From: Chroococcales cyanobacterium
Lineage (GTDB): Bacteria > Cyanobacteriota > Cyanobacteriia > Cyanobacteriales > Nostocaceae
Assembly (NCBI GenBank): GCA_038249935.1
Contig: JBBSCU010000001.1
Coordinates: 149-64,148, forward strand
Length of the DNA stretch: 64,000 bases
Direction: 5' to 3'
This document shows positions 49,365 through 58,792 of the stretch, in pieces. The notes beneath the pieces are model-generated. The model was given only the letters and a program-made list of their open reading frames with translations. It made no database searches and was not told where the DNA came from. The translations under genes and the position numbers were made by a program. Within the stretch, counting starts at the first letter, position 1, and the number at the start of each line of letters is the position of its first letter.

Positions 49365-49568
49365 ATGGCGCAAAGGACTTGGTTGGGAGATATCCTGAAA
49401 CCCCTCAATTCTGAGTATGGGAAAGTGTCTCCAGGTTGGGGTACTACCCCTGTGATGGCTGTTTTTATTTTGCTATTTTTCGTGTTTCTGCTGATTATTC
49501 TGCAACTTTACAATCAATCACTGTTGATTCAGGATGTACTTGTCGATTGGCGGACTGTAGGGCGTTAA
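49365..49568 (+). CDS. psbH: Photosystem II protein H
   Basis: [25 protein letters not shown]. Confidence 0.98.
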   Translation: MAQRTWLGDILKPLNSEYGKVSPGWGTTPVMAVFILLFFVFLLIILQLYNQSLLIQDVLVDWRTVGR

Positions 49569-49609
49569 CGGATACAGAGCTATCAAGTTTGGATAACAAG
49601 TTAAGTTAC

Positions 49610-49632
49610 ACCCGGCTCTTCCGGGTTTTTTT
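49610..49632 (+). terminator. Rho-independent terminator after psbH
   Basis: ACCCGG-CTCTT-CCGGGT followed by a T-run. Confidence 0.8.
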
Positions 49633-49723
49633 GTCAATAGTCAGTACACACTGACTATTGAGTAGACTATATAGTATGTGAATTTTTGTATTGTAGTGGT
49701 TTTAGAGTTTACAGGAGACAAAA

Positions 49724-50008
49724 ATGAATATATTTGGTATCGGTCTGCCGGAAATGGGTGTAATTATGGTAGTGGCATTGTTAATCTTTGGCCCAAAGAA
49801 GCTGCCAGAAATTGGTCGGAGTGTGGGCAAAACAATTCGTAGTTTCCAAGAAGCTTCCAAGGATTTTCAAAACGAGTTTCAAAAAGAAGTAGAACAGTTA
49901 GAAGAAACTGTAAAGACTACTGCTGAATTGGAACCTAAGCAAATCGAGCCTGCTGAATCTGAACATGATACCGCTAGCTCTTCCCAACCTAGTAGTCTGA
50001 CAAGCTAA
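49724..50008 (+). CDS. tatA: TatA/E translocase subunit
   Basis: FGIGLPE..LLIFGPKKLPEIGRSVGKTIRSFQ. Confidence 0.95.
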   Translation: MNIFGIGLPEMGVIMVVALLIFGPKKLPEIGRSVGKTIRSFQEASKDFQNEFQKEVEQLEETVKTTAELEPKQIEPAESEHDTASSSQPSSLTS

Positions 50009-50017
50009 GTTTGCTGG

Positions 50018-50072
50018 GTTTGTAGTGAGCGCTTTAGCACTAAAATCAAGGACTAAAGTCCTGACTACAAAC
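50018..50072. repeat. REP-like double-hairpin element
   Basis: GTTTGTAGTGAGCGCTTTAGCACT..AGGACTAAAGTCCTGACTACAAAC; inverted copy of 20245-20297. Confidence 0.8.
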
Positions 50073-50146
50073 TTATTCACTCATCAAGGTTGTTTTAGCA
50101 GACTACTAGCTAGGAGAGTGCTGCATATAGATTTATTTTAGGCAAA

Positions 50147-50788
50147 ATGACAGAAGGTGTTACGCAACCAGCTTTGGTGATTCCCCAGCTAATTGTCGGG
50201 TTGGGGAATCCAGAAAGCAAATACGACCAAACACGCCATAATATCGGCTTTGCTGCTGTAGAAACTCTCTCCCGTTCTTGGCGCATTCCCTTAGCGGAAA
50301 ATCGCAAGTTTCAGGGAGAGTATGGCGAGGGTATGGCATCAGGTGGAGGTAAGATTCGCTTGCTAAAACCGTTGACTTATATGAATCGCTCAGGACAAGC
50401 AATCCAAGCGGTGACAAGTTGGTATAAATTGCCGCCTGAGTCGGTGCTGGTGATTTATGACGATATGGATTTGCCTTTAGGAAAAACTCGTCTACGCTTG
50501 TCTGGTTCGGCTGGGGGACATAACGGCATGAAAAGTGCGATCGCACATCTTAGCGGTCAAGATTTTCCCCGGTTGCGAATCGGTATTGGTAAACCCAAAG
50601 GTGCAGCTAATAATGATGATTCAGATACTATCTCCCATGTCCTGGGGCGATTTTCTGTTGCGGAAAATCAGCTGATGTCTCTTGTACTTCAGTTCGTAGT
50701 TGAGTGTATAGAACTAAGCCTTAAGCAGGGAGTAGAAAAGGCGATGAATCTTTGTAATAGCCGCACCATTAATAATTCTGAGTCTTAA
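50147..50788 (+). CDS. pth: Peptidyl-tRNA hydrolase
   Basis: LIVGLGNP..TRHNIGF, KPLTYMNRSG, YDDMD, GGHNGMKS. Confidence 0.97.
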   Translation: MTEGVTQPALVIPQLIVGLGNPESKYDQTRHNIGFAAVETLSRSWRIPLAENRKFQGEYGEGMASGGGKIRLLKPLTYMNRSGQAIQAVTSWYKLPPESVLVIYDDMDLPLGKTRLRLSGSAGGHNGMKSAIAHLSGQDFPRLRIGIGKPKGAANNDDSDTISHVLGRFSVAENQLMSLVLQFVVECIELSLKQGVEKAMNLCNSRTINNSES

Positions 50789-50828
50789 AGGTTGTTTGAA
50801 AAGTCCTATTGTAGGTAGCAAAACGTTC

Positions 50829-50888
50829 TAGATCCCCCTAAATCCCCCTTAAAGAAGGGGGACTTTGATTCCGGTTCCCCGTTTAAGG
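50829..50888. repeat. Partial copy of the GATCCCCC/CCCCCTTAA..AAGGGGG hairpin element
   Basis: GATCCCCCTAAATCCCCCTTAAAGAAGGGGGACTT between the convergent pth and rpsU. Confidence 0.7.
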
Positions 50889-50927
50889 TTATTAAATAAA
50901 GCAACGCCAGTTCCAAGCCAAATAGGT

Positions 50928-51107
50928 TTATTTAAAAGTTCTTTTGCGTCTAGCTGCCACTGCCTTACGTTTGCGTTTTTCTATCGGTGTTTCAAAGTGC
51001 CGATGATACCTTACATCGGCTAATATACCAGCATTGGAAACCTGGCGTTTAAACCGACGCAAAGCTGAGTCTATTCCTTCGTTCTCTCCTAGAAGCACCT
51101 GAGTCAT
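50928..51107 (-). CDS. rpsU: 30S ribosomal protein S21
   Basis: [34 protein letters not shown]. Confidence 0.96.
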   Translation of the reverse strand: MTQVLLGENEGIDSALRRFKRQVSNAGILADVRYHRHFETPIEKRKRKAVAARRKRTFK

Positions 51108-51530
51108 TCTTGGCTTTTCCTCATTATCAATAGTTTCCATTGTAATATCAGCCTCAAACTTAGTAAAACCCCCCTAAGCTAAAGTTAGGTTAAGAGGTTA
51201 ATCGTCCAGTTAAGGCGGGTTATGTATGCTTCTGAGTTGTAAAATTGCACTTAGCTACAAGTTAATCTAAGTGTTCTAATGCACTCTCAGCGGCAGTAGA
51301 GAATATGGAAAAATTATAATACTAAATTTTCATAATTATACTATTAACTGGCAAAAAATATAGTCTTGGCTACTACCAGAAATGAGAAAATACTATTATA
51401 TTTACATATTTTAAAAGTTTATCCTGCCCTCATTTAGTAATTTATATCCAGATGCTAATGCTGCAAAAGCAATTATGAAATTCCATAAGCTAGTTGGCTG
51501 TAAAATAACTCCACCACGGTTAAATCACCA

Positions 51531-51911
51531 TCAAGCTGAATTTTGCATTAAAGGGTATGGTTGAATCAAAATCTGTGCCGGAATCCCCAATTGTTTATGC
51601 AAACCCCGAATCATCTCCAACGTTAACGCTTGCTTGCGATGCAAAATGTCGGCAACTTCTGCTTTACTGCCAATAACAGAACCTAATTCATCTACAGATA
51701 ACCCACGGGATTCGAGATAATATAAGATTGCTTCGATAGGATCTGGTGCTTCGATTGGGTAATGCCTTTGCTCGTATGCTTCCACAAGCGTAGTTAAAAC
51801 TTCTAAACGGTCGGACTCTGATGTGTTTAGTTCCGCATCAAACAATCTTTCAATTTCAGCAAGCGCAGCACGATAATCAGCTTCGGTGCGGATTGGACGG
51901 TGTTCAAGCAT
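51531..51911 (-). CDS. higA: HigA-type HTH antitoxin
   Basis: RPIRTEADY..LVEAYE..PDPIEAI..LTLEMIRGLH..IPAQILI. Confidence 0.9.
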   Translation of the reverse strand: MLEHRPIRTEADYRAALAEIERLFDAELNTSESDRLEVLTTLVEAYEQRHYPIEAPDPIEAILYYLESRGLSVDELGSVIGSKAEVADILHRKQALTLEMIRGLHKQLGIPAQILIQPYPLMQNSA

Positions 51912-51924
51912 AGATATTACTGCC

Positions 51925-52218
51925 TCAAATACCTGTTGCATCTACGTTATCGTATTCTTTATGGGTTCCAATAAAACGAATAAAAATAATTCCGATATTA
52001 TAACGAACGTGAACAATTAAGCGGTAATCATTGCCTTTTATATTAAAAACAACACGGTTATTAGCAATAATACTGGCATTGCGATAAATGCTTTTGATAT
52101 TTGCCGGACTATCCCATTCTGCACGAGATGCTTCATCAAACCAAGCCTTTAATGGCTGTTCGGCATCGGGATATGATTCCCAAAACTTTCGTAACGTGCT
52201 GCGGGCAATGATTCGCAT
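51925..52218 (-). CDS. higB: HigB-type mRNA interferase toxin
   Basis: MRIIARSTL..NRVVFNIKGNDYRLI..RFIGTHKEYD; toxin-first gene order. Confidence 0.93.
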   Translation of the reverse strand: MRIIARSTLRKFWESYPDAEQPLKAWFDEASRAEWDSPANIKSIYRNASIIANNRVVFNIKGNDYRLIVHVRYNIGIIFIRFIGTHKEYDNVDATGI

Positions 52219-52582
52219 AATGAGAAAATTCCAGCATTACGAATTAGTTTTTATTAGAAAATAAGGTGCGTTTGCCCTGGATCGTAGTGGGGTTTTTAAA
52301 CCCCTGCTAAATTTTACATTTATTTGGACAAAACTAAGTAAATATATTGAATTAAAACCTCGGCTGTCTGAAGGTGTCAGTACAAGTAATGTTGATTACA
52401 TCAAGTAGTCCTTGCCAGCGTGTTATCAAGGTGCTTTAATAGCGATCGCATTCTGCAAAACAATTCTACTTACAGAATATGTACAAGACCCGCAGCGACT
52501 CAAAACATTAAAATCAAAGATATGACAAGCTAGTAGCATATCCTTGACACTAAATTCTCCCCAAAGCTGAATAGGAGTATAT

Positions 52583-53425
52583 ATGGAGCCAATCATTTTT
52601 ATAGTTTTAGTGCTTATAGGTTATGCCTTAGGTTCTGCAAAACTGATTAATCAAGGTAATGAAGCCCTAGTTGAACGCTTAGGTCGGTATCATCGGAAAC
52701 TTAAGCCGGGACTGAACTTTATTGTTCCTTTTGTCGATCAGATTGTGATGGAAGATACTACGCGAGAGCAAATTTTAGACATCAAGCCTCAGAATGTGAT
52801 CACCAAAGATAACATTAACCTGGAAGTCGATGGTGTTGTGTACTGGCGTCTTAGAGATATTGAGAAAAGCTTTTACGCTATTGAAGATCTCCAAGCAGCG
52901 CTGATAAACCTGACTACAACCACCCTCAGAGAAATCATTGCCCAGAACACCCTTGAGCAGACCAATGTTTCTAGAGCAGAGATGCACTCAGCTATCTCAG
53001 ACCAGTTAAACAATATAACGGCGGGTTGGGGAGTTGAGATTCTCCGGTTGGATCTTCAGAATATTACACTACCTGAGAGTGTGCGAAAGTCAAGAGAAGA
53101 GGAGCAAGCTGCTGAAATCAAAAAACGGGCGCTGATTACCGAAGCCGAAGGGCAAAAAGAAGCTGCTATTCGGAAAGCAGAAGGAACTATGAGATCAGTG
53201 GAGATAATTTCTCAAGCATTGCGTTCTAATCCCGAAAGTAGGGGCATTCTGCGGTATCTTGTAGCTCAAGATTATGTAGATGCCAGTCAAAAACTCGGCG
53301 AGAGCAATAATGCCAAAATTGTCTTTGTAGACCCAGCCAACTCAACTGAAATGTTTCAGGAGTTAATTGCCGAGTCGATGGTTAAAGAAGGTAACGGTAA
53401 AAAACCCGAAAATGGCAATACTTAA
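52583..53425 (+). CDS. SPFH/band-7 (stomatin-like) protein
   Basis: LVERLGRY..PGLNFIVPFVD, VITKDN, TTLREII, WGVEILR. Confidence 0.93.
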   Translation: MEPIIFIVLVLIGYALGSAKLINQGNEALVERLGRYHRKLKPGLNFIVPFVDQIVMEDTTREQILDIKPQNVITKDNINLEVDGVVYWRLRDIEKSFYAIEDLQAALINLTTTTLREIIAQNTLEQTNVSRAEMHSAISDQLNNITAGWGVEILRLDLQNITLPESVRKSREEEQAAEIKKRALITEAEGQKEAAIRKAEGTMRSVEIISQALRSNPESRGILRYLVAQDYVDASQKLGESNNAKIVFVDPANSTEMFQELIAESMVKEGNGKKPENGNT

Positions 53426-54282
53426 CAGTCACGCTGTCTGGCGGGTCGGAATATTGCATCGGCTACTAGTGAAACATCGCGCATTTCTTGAACATCGTGG
53501 ACTCGGAGGATATCAGCGCCATTAAAAATAGCAGCACAACAAGCTGCTGCCGTTCCCCAAACTCGGGCTTTGGGATCTGGTTGATTTAAAATGCGACCAA
53601 TGAAACTTTTACGGGATGCTCCTACCAAGATAGGACAGTTGAGTGCTACGAGCGATCGCAAGCCGCGAAAAATTTCTAAATTTTGCTCATAGTTCTTAGC
53701 AAAACCAATACCAGGATCAATAATAATTTTATCCAGGTCAATGCCCGCAGCAGTTGCTAACCCAATTTGCCGAGCTAAAAAACTATAAATCTCTTTGAGC
53801 AAATCTTCATAATCAGTCTGTTGTTGCATTGTCTGTGGTGTTCCTCGGATGTGCATTAAAATAATCGGCACATCTAACTCTGCCACTGTCGGCAACATCT
53901 CTGAGTCAAAGCTGCCGCCAGAAATATCATTAATAATATCTGCTCCAACTTCGATAGATGCCCTTGCTACAGCAGCACGGGTAGTATCTACAGAAATCGG
54001 AACTGAAATTTCCGATCTAAGCACCTGTAATACTGATAGCACTCGGTCAAGTTCCTCCGCCAGAGTTATTTCCTTTGCCTCTGGTCGAGTTGATTGACCG
54101 CCCACATCGATAATGTCAGCACCAGCAGCTACCAGTGCTTGCGCCTGTGCTAAAGCAGCAGACGTAGTATTAAACTCACCCCCATCACTAAAACTATCAG
54201 GCGTTACATTCAAAATACCCATCAAATAAGTTCGCTGTCCCCACTCGAAACAGCGCCCCCGAATTATCAAGTTACTTGGCAT
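53422..54282 (-). CDS. folP: Dihydropteroate synthase
   Basis: MGILNVTPDSFSDGG, DVGGQSTRP, DPGIGFAK, GASRKSFIG, RVHDV. Confidence 0.97.
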   Translation of the reverse strand: MPSNLIIRGRCFEWGQRTYLMGILNVTPDSFSDGGEFNTTSAALAQAQALVAAGADIIDVGGQSTRPEAKEITLAEELDRVLSVLQVLRSEISVPISVDTTRAAVARASIEVGADIINDISGGSFDSEMLPTVAELDVPIILMHIRGTPQTMQQQTDYEDLLKEIYSFLARQIGLATAAGIDLDKIIIDPGIGFAKNYEQNLEIFRGLRSLVALNCPILVGASRKSFIGRILNQPDPKARVWGTAAACCAAIFNGADILRVHDVQEMRDVSLVADAIFRPARQRDC

Positions 54283-54334
54283 AAATCTACATTAGGCATT
54301 CCCATGCAGAGCATGGGAACGAGAAAAAGGCACA

Positions 54335-55081
54335 TCACAGTGACTTAAAATTCACAATCCGAGCAAAACTCTCTGGTTCGAGACTTGCTCCTCCCACTAA
54401 AGCACCATCAATTTCTGATTGAGCCATGATCTCATCAATATTATTCGGCTTAACTGAGCCGCCATATTGAATTGATACATTTTGATTACTCAACTGGTTA
54501 CGAATTAAGCCAATTATTCGATTAGCTTCTGCTGCTTCACAAGTATCACCAGTGCCAATCGCCCAAATTGGTTCATAGGCAATTATCAAATTATTCTGAT
54601 CAACATCCACTAAACCTTTTTCTAGTTGAGTGATAATCAGTGATTCAGTTTTTCTTGCATCTCGTTGTTGTTTAGTTTCGCCTACACAAAGAATTGGTGT
54701 CAAACCATACCTTTGAGCCGCTTTGAGACGCAGATTAACAGTTGCGTCCGTTTCACAAAAGAATTGCCGTCGTTCGCTATGACCGACAATCACAAAGCGC
54801 ACACCACTTTCTGTCAGCATTGGGCCAGAAACCTCACCCGTATAGGCTCCATATTCTTCCCAGTGGACATTTTGCGCCCCCAATTGGATGAGGCTACCGT
54901 GCAAACTCTTGGACAAAATACTTAAATCAGTGAACGGAGGGCACAATATCACTTCTCGCCCCTGGGGCGTTTCCTCTAAATGGGGCAGAAATCCTTGTAA
55001 AAACTCCTGGGTTTCTGCCTGGGTTTTGTGCATTTTCCAGTTGCCGGCAATAATGATTTTTCGCACAGGTAATTTAGTCAA
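54335..55081 (-). CDS. tpiA: Triosephosphate isomerase
   Basis: [35 protein letters not shown]; alternative GTG start at 55066. Confidence 0.98.
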   Translation of the reverse strand: MTKLPVRKIIIAGNWKMHKTQAETQEFLQGFLPHLEETPQGREVILCPPFTDLSILSKSLHGSLIQLGAQNVHWEEYGAYTGEVSGPMLTESGVRFVIVGHSERRQFFCETDATVNLRLKAAQRYGLTPILCVGETKQQRDARKTESLIITQLEKGLVDVDQNNLIIAYEPIWAIGTGDTCEAAEANRIIGLIRNQLSNQNVSIQYGGSVKPNNIDEIMAQSEIDGALVGGASLEPESFARIVNFKSL

Positions 55082-55175
55082 GATCCTAACGCGCTATTTA
55101 GATGCATTTTTTAGTTTATGACTTTTTGTAAGTCATTAGTCTACATAGTTGGGCATTGGGGCATTAAGCATTGAG

Positions 55176-55360
55176 AATGAGTCTTTTAGCTCCATCAATG
55201 AGTCTTTTAGCTCCATTAATGAGTCTTTTAGCTCCGTTAATGAGTCTTTTAGCTCCATTAATGAGTCTTTTAGCTCCATTAATGAGTCTTTTAGCTCCGT
55301 TAATGAGTCTTTTAGCTCCATTAATGAGTCTTTTAGCTCCATTAACGAGTCTTTTAGCTC
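55176..55360 (+). repeat. 21-bp tandem array, 8.8 copies
   Basis: Unit AATGAGTCTTTTAGCTCC(A/G)TT. Confidence 0.96.
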
Positions 55361-55442
55361 TCTTATCTCCACAAACCCCTGTTAAAAATAACTAGGATAA
55401 GAGACGGGGCTAATCTAAATAAATCCCAAATCTCAAATTGAT

Positions 55443-56924
55443 ATGACTTCGACATTGCCCGTGCCTGAACCTCATCAAAGCGATTCCGCCAACACTGATG
55501 CAAATTCTCTCAGCTGGGAGGAAGAACTGGATAGTGCTATTTTCAGTTTTGAAGACATTCAGACGGAACTGAATTATAAACAAGCACAAACGGCGCTACG
55601 AAACTTGGTAAGCAATCTCGACCTCACTTCCCAAGAAAAAACCGGGTTGGAGACGGAAATTGCTGATTTGGAAACCATGCTGGGAAAATTAGACGGCATG
55701 GTGGTACAGATTGCGGCTTTTGGCATGGTGGGACGTGGTAAGTCTTCTCTACTTAATGCTTTGGTTGGGCAAACAGTATTTGAAACTGGGCCGCTGCATG
55801 GTGTTACCCGTGCTGCACAAAGAGTTAATTGGAGTATTAGTGAGGAAGCAATTGGAAAAACTGAACGGGCTTTGCGAGTCACTCTCCCTGGTGTAGGTCA
55901 ATCGCAGGTGGAATTAATTGACACTCCTGGGTTAGACGAAGTAGATGGTGCAACCCGTGCCGCGTTAGCTGAACAGATTGCAAAACTTGCGGATTTGATT
56001 TTGTTTGTGATCTCTGGCGATATGACGAAGCTAGAATACATCGCCCTTTCTCAGTTACGGGAAGCAGGTAAACCGATCATTTTGGTGTTTAACAAAGTAG
56101 ACCAGTATCCAGAAGCAGACCGGATGGCAGTTTACCAGAAAATCCGGGATGAAAGGGTGCGGGAATTGCTCACACCCCTAGAAATTGTCATGGCTGCGGC
56201 ATCGCCATTGGTGAAGACGGCGATTCATCGCCCTGATGGTACTAGGGGCATACAGTTGCGTACAGGTAATGCGAAAGTTGACGAACTCAAGCTGAAAATT
56301 TTGGAGATTTTACACCGTGAGGGTAAAGCCTTGGTTGCTCTTAATACCATGCTTTATGCCGATATTGTCAATGAGCAATTGGTTGAGCGAAAAGTGATGA
56401 TTCGGGAACAGAATGCCAATCAGTTGATTTGGAAAGCTGTGATGACTAAGGCATTAGCGATCGCACTCAATCCCCTAACTGTGGTAGATATTCTGAGTAG
56501 CGTAGTCATTGATATTGCTCTGATTTTGGGTTTATCTAAGCTCTATGGCTTCTCCATGACCGAAGCCGGGGCTGTACAATTGCTGCAAAAAATCGCCCTG
56601 AGTATGGGCGGCATCGGTGCTAGTGAATTGTTAGCAAATTTAGGTTTGAGTGGATTAAAAACTTTACTTGGGATCTCTGCAACAGCTACCGCAGGTGCCA
56701 CCCTTGCTCCTTATATATCAGTGGCAATCACCCAAGCGGGAGTAGCTGGTGTTTCTTCTTACGGTATTGGACAAGTTACCAAAGTTTATTTAGCCAATGG
56801 CGCGACTTGGGGGCCTGATGGCCCGAAAGCGGTGATTAATCGGATTTTGGCAAACCTGGATGAGACTTCAATTCTCAACCGGATTAAAGATGAATTGCTC
56901 TACAAGGTAAAATTTAGAAAGTGA
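55443..56924 (+). CDS. Era-like GTPase with a C-terminal DUF697-like membrane domain
   Basis: GMVGRGKS, DTPG, NKVD, C-terminal Gly/Ala-rich hydrophobic helices. Confidence 0.88.
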   Translation: MTSTLPVPEPHQSDSANTDANSLSWEEELDSAIFSFEDIQTELNYKQAQTALRNLVSNLDLTSQEKTGLETEIADLETMLGKLDGMVVQIAAFGMVGRGKSSLLNALVGQTVFETGPLHGVTRAAQRVNWSISEEAIGKTERALRVTLPGVGQSQVELIDTPGLDEVDGATRAALAEQIAKLADLILFVISGDMTKLEYIALSQLREAGKPIILVFNKVDQYPEADRMAVYQKIRDERVRELLTPLEIVMAAASPLVKTAIHRPDGTRGIQLRTGNAKVDELKLKILEILHREGKALVALNTMLYADIVNEQLVERKVMIREQNANQLIWKAVMTKALAIALNPLTVVDILSSVVIDIALILGLSKLYGFSMTEAGAVQLLQKIALSMGGIGASELLANLGLSGLKTLLGISATATAGATLAPYISVAITQAGVAGVSSYGIGQVTKVYLANGATWGPDGPKAVINRILANLDETSILNRIKDELLYKVKFRK

Positions 56925-57097
56925 TTGTCGATTAACGAATTGTTTGTCGTCTTAACAAATTAATGTCGTTTATCTAAAATAGCTACAAGTATTACAGCAT
57001 AAAGGATTTGGTCATCTTGCTACTAAGGCTACTAAAGCGATCGCTACTATCGCACAGAGTTCCATCGTAGTCAAAAATTATGGCAGCAAAAGAAACC

Positions 57098-57204
57098 CTT
57101 TGCATTTTTCAAACAACCTCTTAGGGATTGAAACATCCCAGTACAGCATTATCAATCCGATCAAGCGATTGCAATTCATCAAAATCCCTATTAGGGATCG
57201 AAAC
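57098..57204 (+). CRISPR. Orphan CRISPR mini-array (2 repeats, one 33-nt spacer), type I-D-like repeat
   Basis: Degenerate repeat 57098-57134 ending TTAGGGATTGAAAC; spacer ATCCCAGTACAGCATTATCAATCCGATCAAGCG; repeat 57168-57204 ATTGCAATTCATCAAAATCCCTATTAGGGATCGAAAC with a 37-nt length, ATCCC/GGGAT stem and GAAAC end. Confidence 0.8.
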
Positions 57205-57285
57205 AGTTGTCTGATGCCGGGACTAGGAAATACATCCTAAAACAAAAAAACTGTAGTAGTTCCAGTTGAATAGAAACAATTACTT

Positions 57286-57320
57286 AAAAAAACCTCCACC
57301 TTGAATGCTTGGAGGTTTTT
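57286..57320. terminator. Probable bidirectional terminator
   Basis: AAAAACCTCCA-loop-TGGAGGTTTTT between the mini-array and the convergent gene. Confidence 0.75.
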
Positions 57321-57350
57321 AAAGCTAACGCCTAAGAACAAATAGCTTTT

Positions 57351-58529
57351 TTAAAACTTAACAAAATACGTATTTGTTGGCAAGAATTGGGTAGTTCCTG
57401 AATTTGTAGCCAAGTCATTTATATTACCTGTTTTAAGTACTGCAAATTTATCGGTAAAGAGCAATACTTCACCATTGCCAGGAGTAACCCAAGCTTGCCG
57501 AGTATTCAGATTATTAGGAACAACCAAAAAACTTGCATCGCCACGGTAAGCCGGGATGGGTTTACCTAAGAAAAGTTGGCTATCTCTATTGGGAATTGCG
57601 TAAGCAGCAGAGGAACCCACAAAAATACTAGTGCCATTAGAATAAATGGTTTTAGGGAAATTAGCGCTTCCGTCACCTAACCCAGCAGATGAAGGAAGTC
57701 TTGGAAAAGCTAGCTGTCCACGCTCGACACTAAACTTAGTAAGATCAACAACTCCTGTATATACCTTTGTTTCATCGCGCGTCTGGGCAGCATTGGTATA
57801 CTTATCGGTAGTAATCAACGTTTGGGTTATTAAATTTTTACCATTCCATCTAAAAATTGAATTGCCACCATAAACTGAGCCGAGTACATAAAGTTTATTA
57901 CCAAAAATATGTAGGCGATTTAATCGGGTATCTGCCATGTTATCAGCAAGGCTACCTGCACCATAACCCCAAAGCTTACCTTGGTTGTCTCCTGGCAAAT
58001 TTGGCAGATTGAATAACTTTGTGCCATTGAAACCCATTCGGTAAAGAAAAGCTATTTGGACGGGAATACCTGCCCGTTTTTGTTGTTGAAAACCACTAAT
58101 GTAGAGATAGTTGTTTTTGTACTCAAAATCCATTACCTCCGTCACGCCATAAGTATTTTTGGCTTTGAAGTTGAGGCTGGTGTCATATATTGATAAAGTA
58201 TTTGCGGACTGTTGAATGACGAGCCCCTCTAGAAACTTGACTCGCGTTCTTGAATTGGCTATGTTGGTAACTATCTTTTGGATAGCTCCGTCAGTACTTA
58301 ATTTTACTAACCCTGTTGGGACAGCGAGAACATAGGTCTTGCCGTCAATTACTGCACAGTCACGGGCATCATGAGAAGAGTTTGGAATTAGTTTTTTTGT
58401 CCCATTCTCTTCTACTTCCCATACCCCTTCAGCATTGATGATCGCAACTTTACTGCCGTTGGTGCAAGCTGCTCTTGGTGAAGAGATATTGACATAAGCG
58501 GCTAAAGCGGGACTAGAGTAATCAAACAT
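57351..58529 (-). CDS. Hypothetical beta-rich protein, probable beta-propeller
   Basis: 392-aa ORF of short beta-strand repeats (KTYVL, YLYISG, KLYVLG, SIFVG); no signal peptide; own promoter and terminator. Confidence 0.78.
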   Translation of the reverse strand: MFDYSSPALAAYVNISSPRAACTNGSKVAIINAEGVWEVEENGTKKLIPNSSHDARDCAVIDGKTYVLAVPTGLVKLSTDGAIQKIVTNIANSRTRVKFLEGLVIQQSANTLSIYDTSLNFKAKNTYGVTEVMDFEYKNNYLYISGFQQQKRAGIPVQIAFLYRMGFNGTKLFNLPNLPGDNQGKLWGYGAGSLADNMADTRLNRLHIFGNKLYVLGSVYGGNSIFRWNGKNLITQTLITTDKYTNAAQTRDETKVYTGVVDLTKFSVERGQLAFPRLPSSAGLGDGSANFPKTIYSNGTSIFVGSSAAYAIPNRDSQLFLGKPIPAYRGDASFLVVPNNLNTRQAWVTPGNGEVLLFTDKFAVLKTGNINDLATNSGTTQFLPTNTYFVKF

Positions 58530-58574
58530 TTTACACCCAAGATAAAAAAATACTTCAGTTGGTAAGAAGTTTTT

Positions 58575-58604
58575 AGCATAGGCCTAATTGATACGGGATG
58601 TCAA
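58575..58604 (-). promoter_or_regulatory. Sigma70-type promoter of the beta-propeller gene
   Basis: Minus strand TTGACA-N18-TATGCT, 45 nt upstream of the ATG; duplicated in the second copy. Confidence 0.65.
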
Positions 58605-58635
58605 AAGATTTTTGAGCCTGGCGAAATCTAACCGC

Positions 58636-58672
58636 ATTGCAATTCATCAAAATCCCTATTAGGGATTGAAAT
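58636..58672 (+). CRISPR. Solo CRISPR repeat
   Basis: ATTGCAATTCATCAAAATCCCTATTAGGGATTGAAAT, 35/37 identical to 57168-57204. Confidence 0.85.
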
Positions 58673-58690
58673 AATATTAATTATCTAAAG

Positions 58691-58792
58691 TCAATCGCTT
58701 TCCTGCTGATTTAACCATGCTTCTAAATCAGTTATATTAGAAAAATCTAATGGAGATCCTTCTAAATCTGCTAATTTTTGAGCAGATAACAC
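58691..58792 (-). pseudogene. 3' remnant of a DUF4351-like (Rpn-associated) domain
   Basis: Hand translation VLSAQKLADLEGSPLDFSNITDLEAWLNQQESD* matches the remembered family tail L..L.EALLDF....DLEAWL. Confidence 0.6.

Noticed and set aside
5231-55360. The 21/42-bp arrays as CRISPR arrays
   Set aside because: Units are directly contiguous with no unique spacers
57135-57167. Spacer 1 resembling the propeller-gene promoter (ATCCC and TATCAAT versus ATCCCGTATCAAT at 58587-58599)
   Set aside because: Ungapped pairing covers only positions 1-5 and 10-11, and the flank is GAC rather than a GTN PAM; compatible with chance
57205-57277. A second 36-nt spacer and third repeat ending GAAAC, and a 9-nt match (CGGGACTAG) to the gene start
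   Set aside because: The putative repeat shares little beyond the last 5 nt and has no stem; a 9-nt match is expected by chance in this search space
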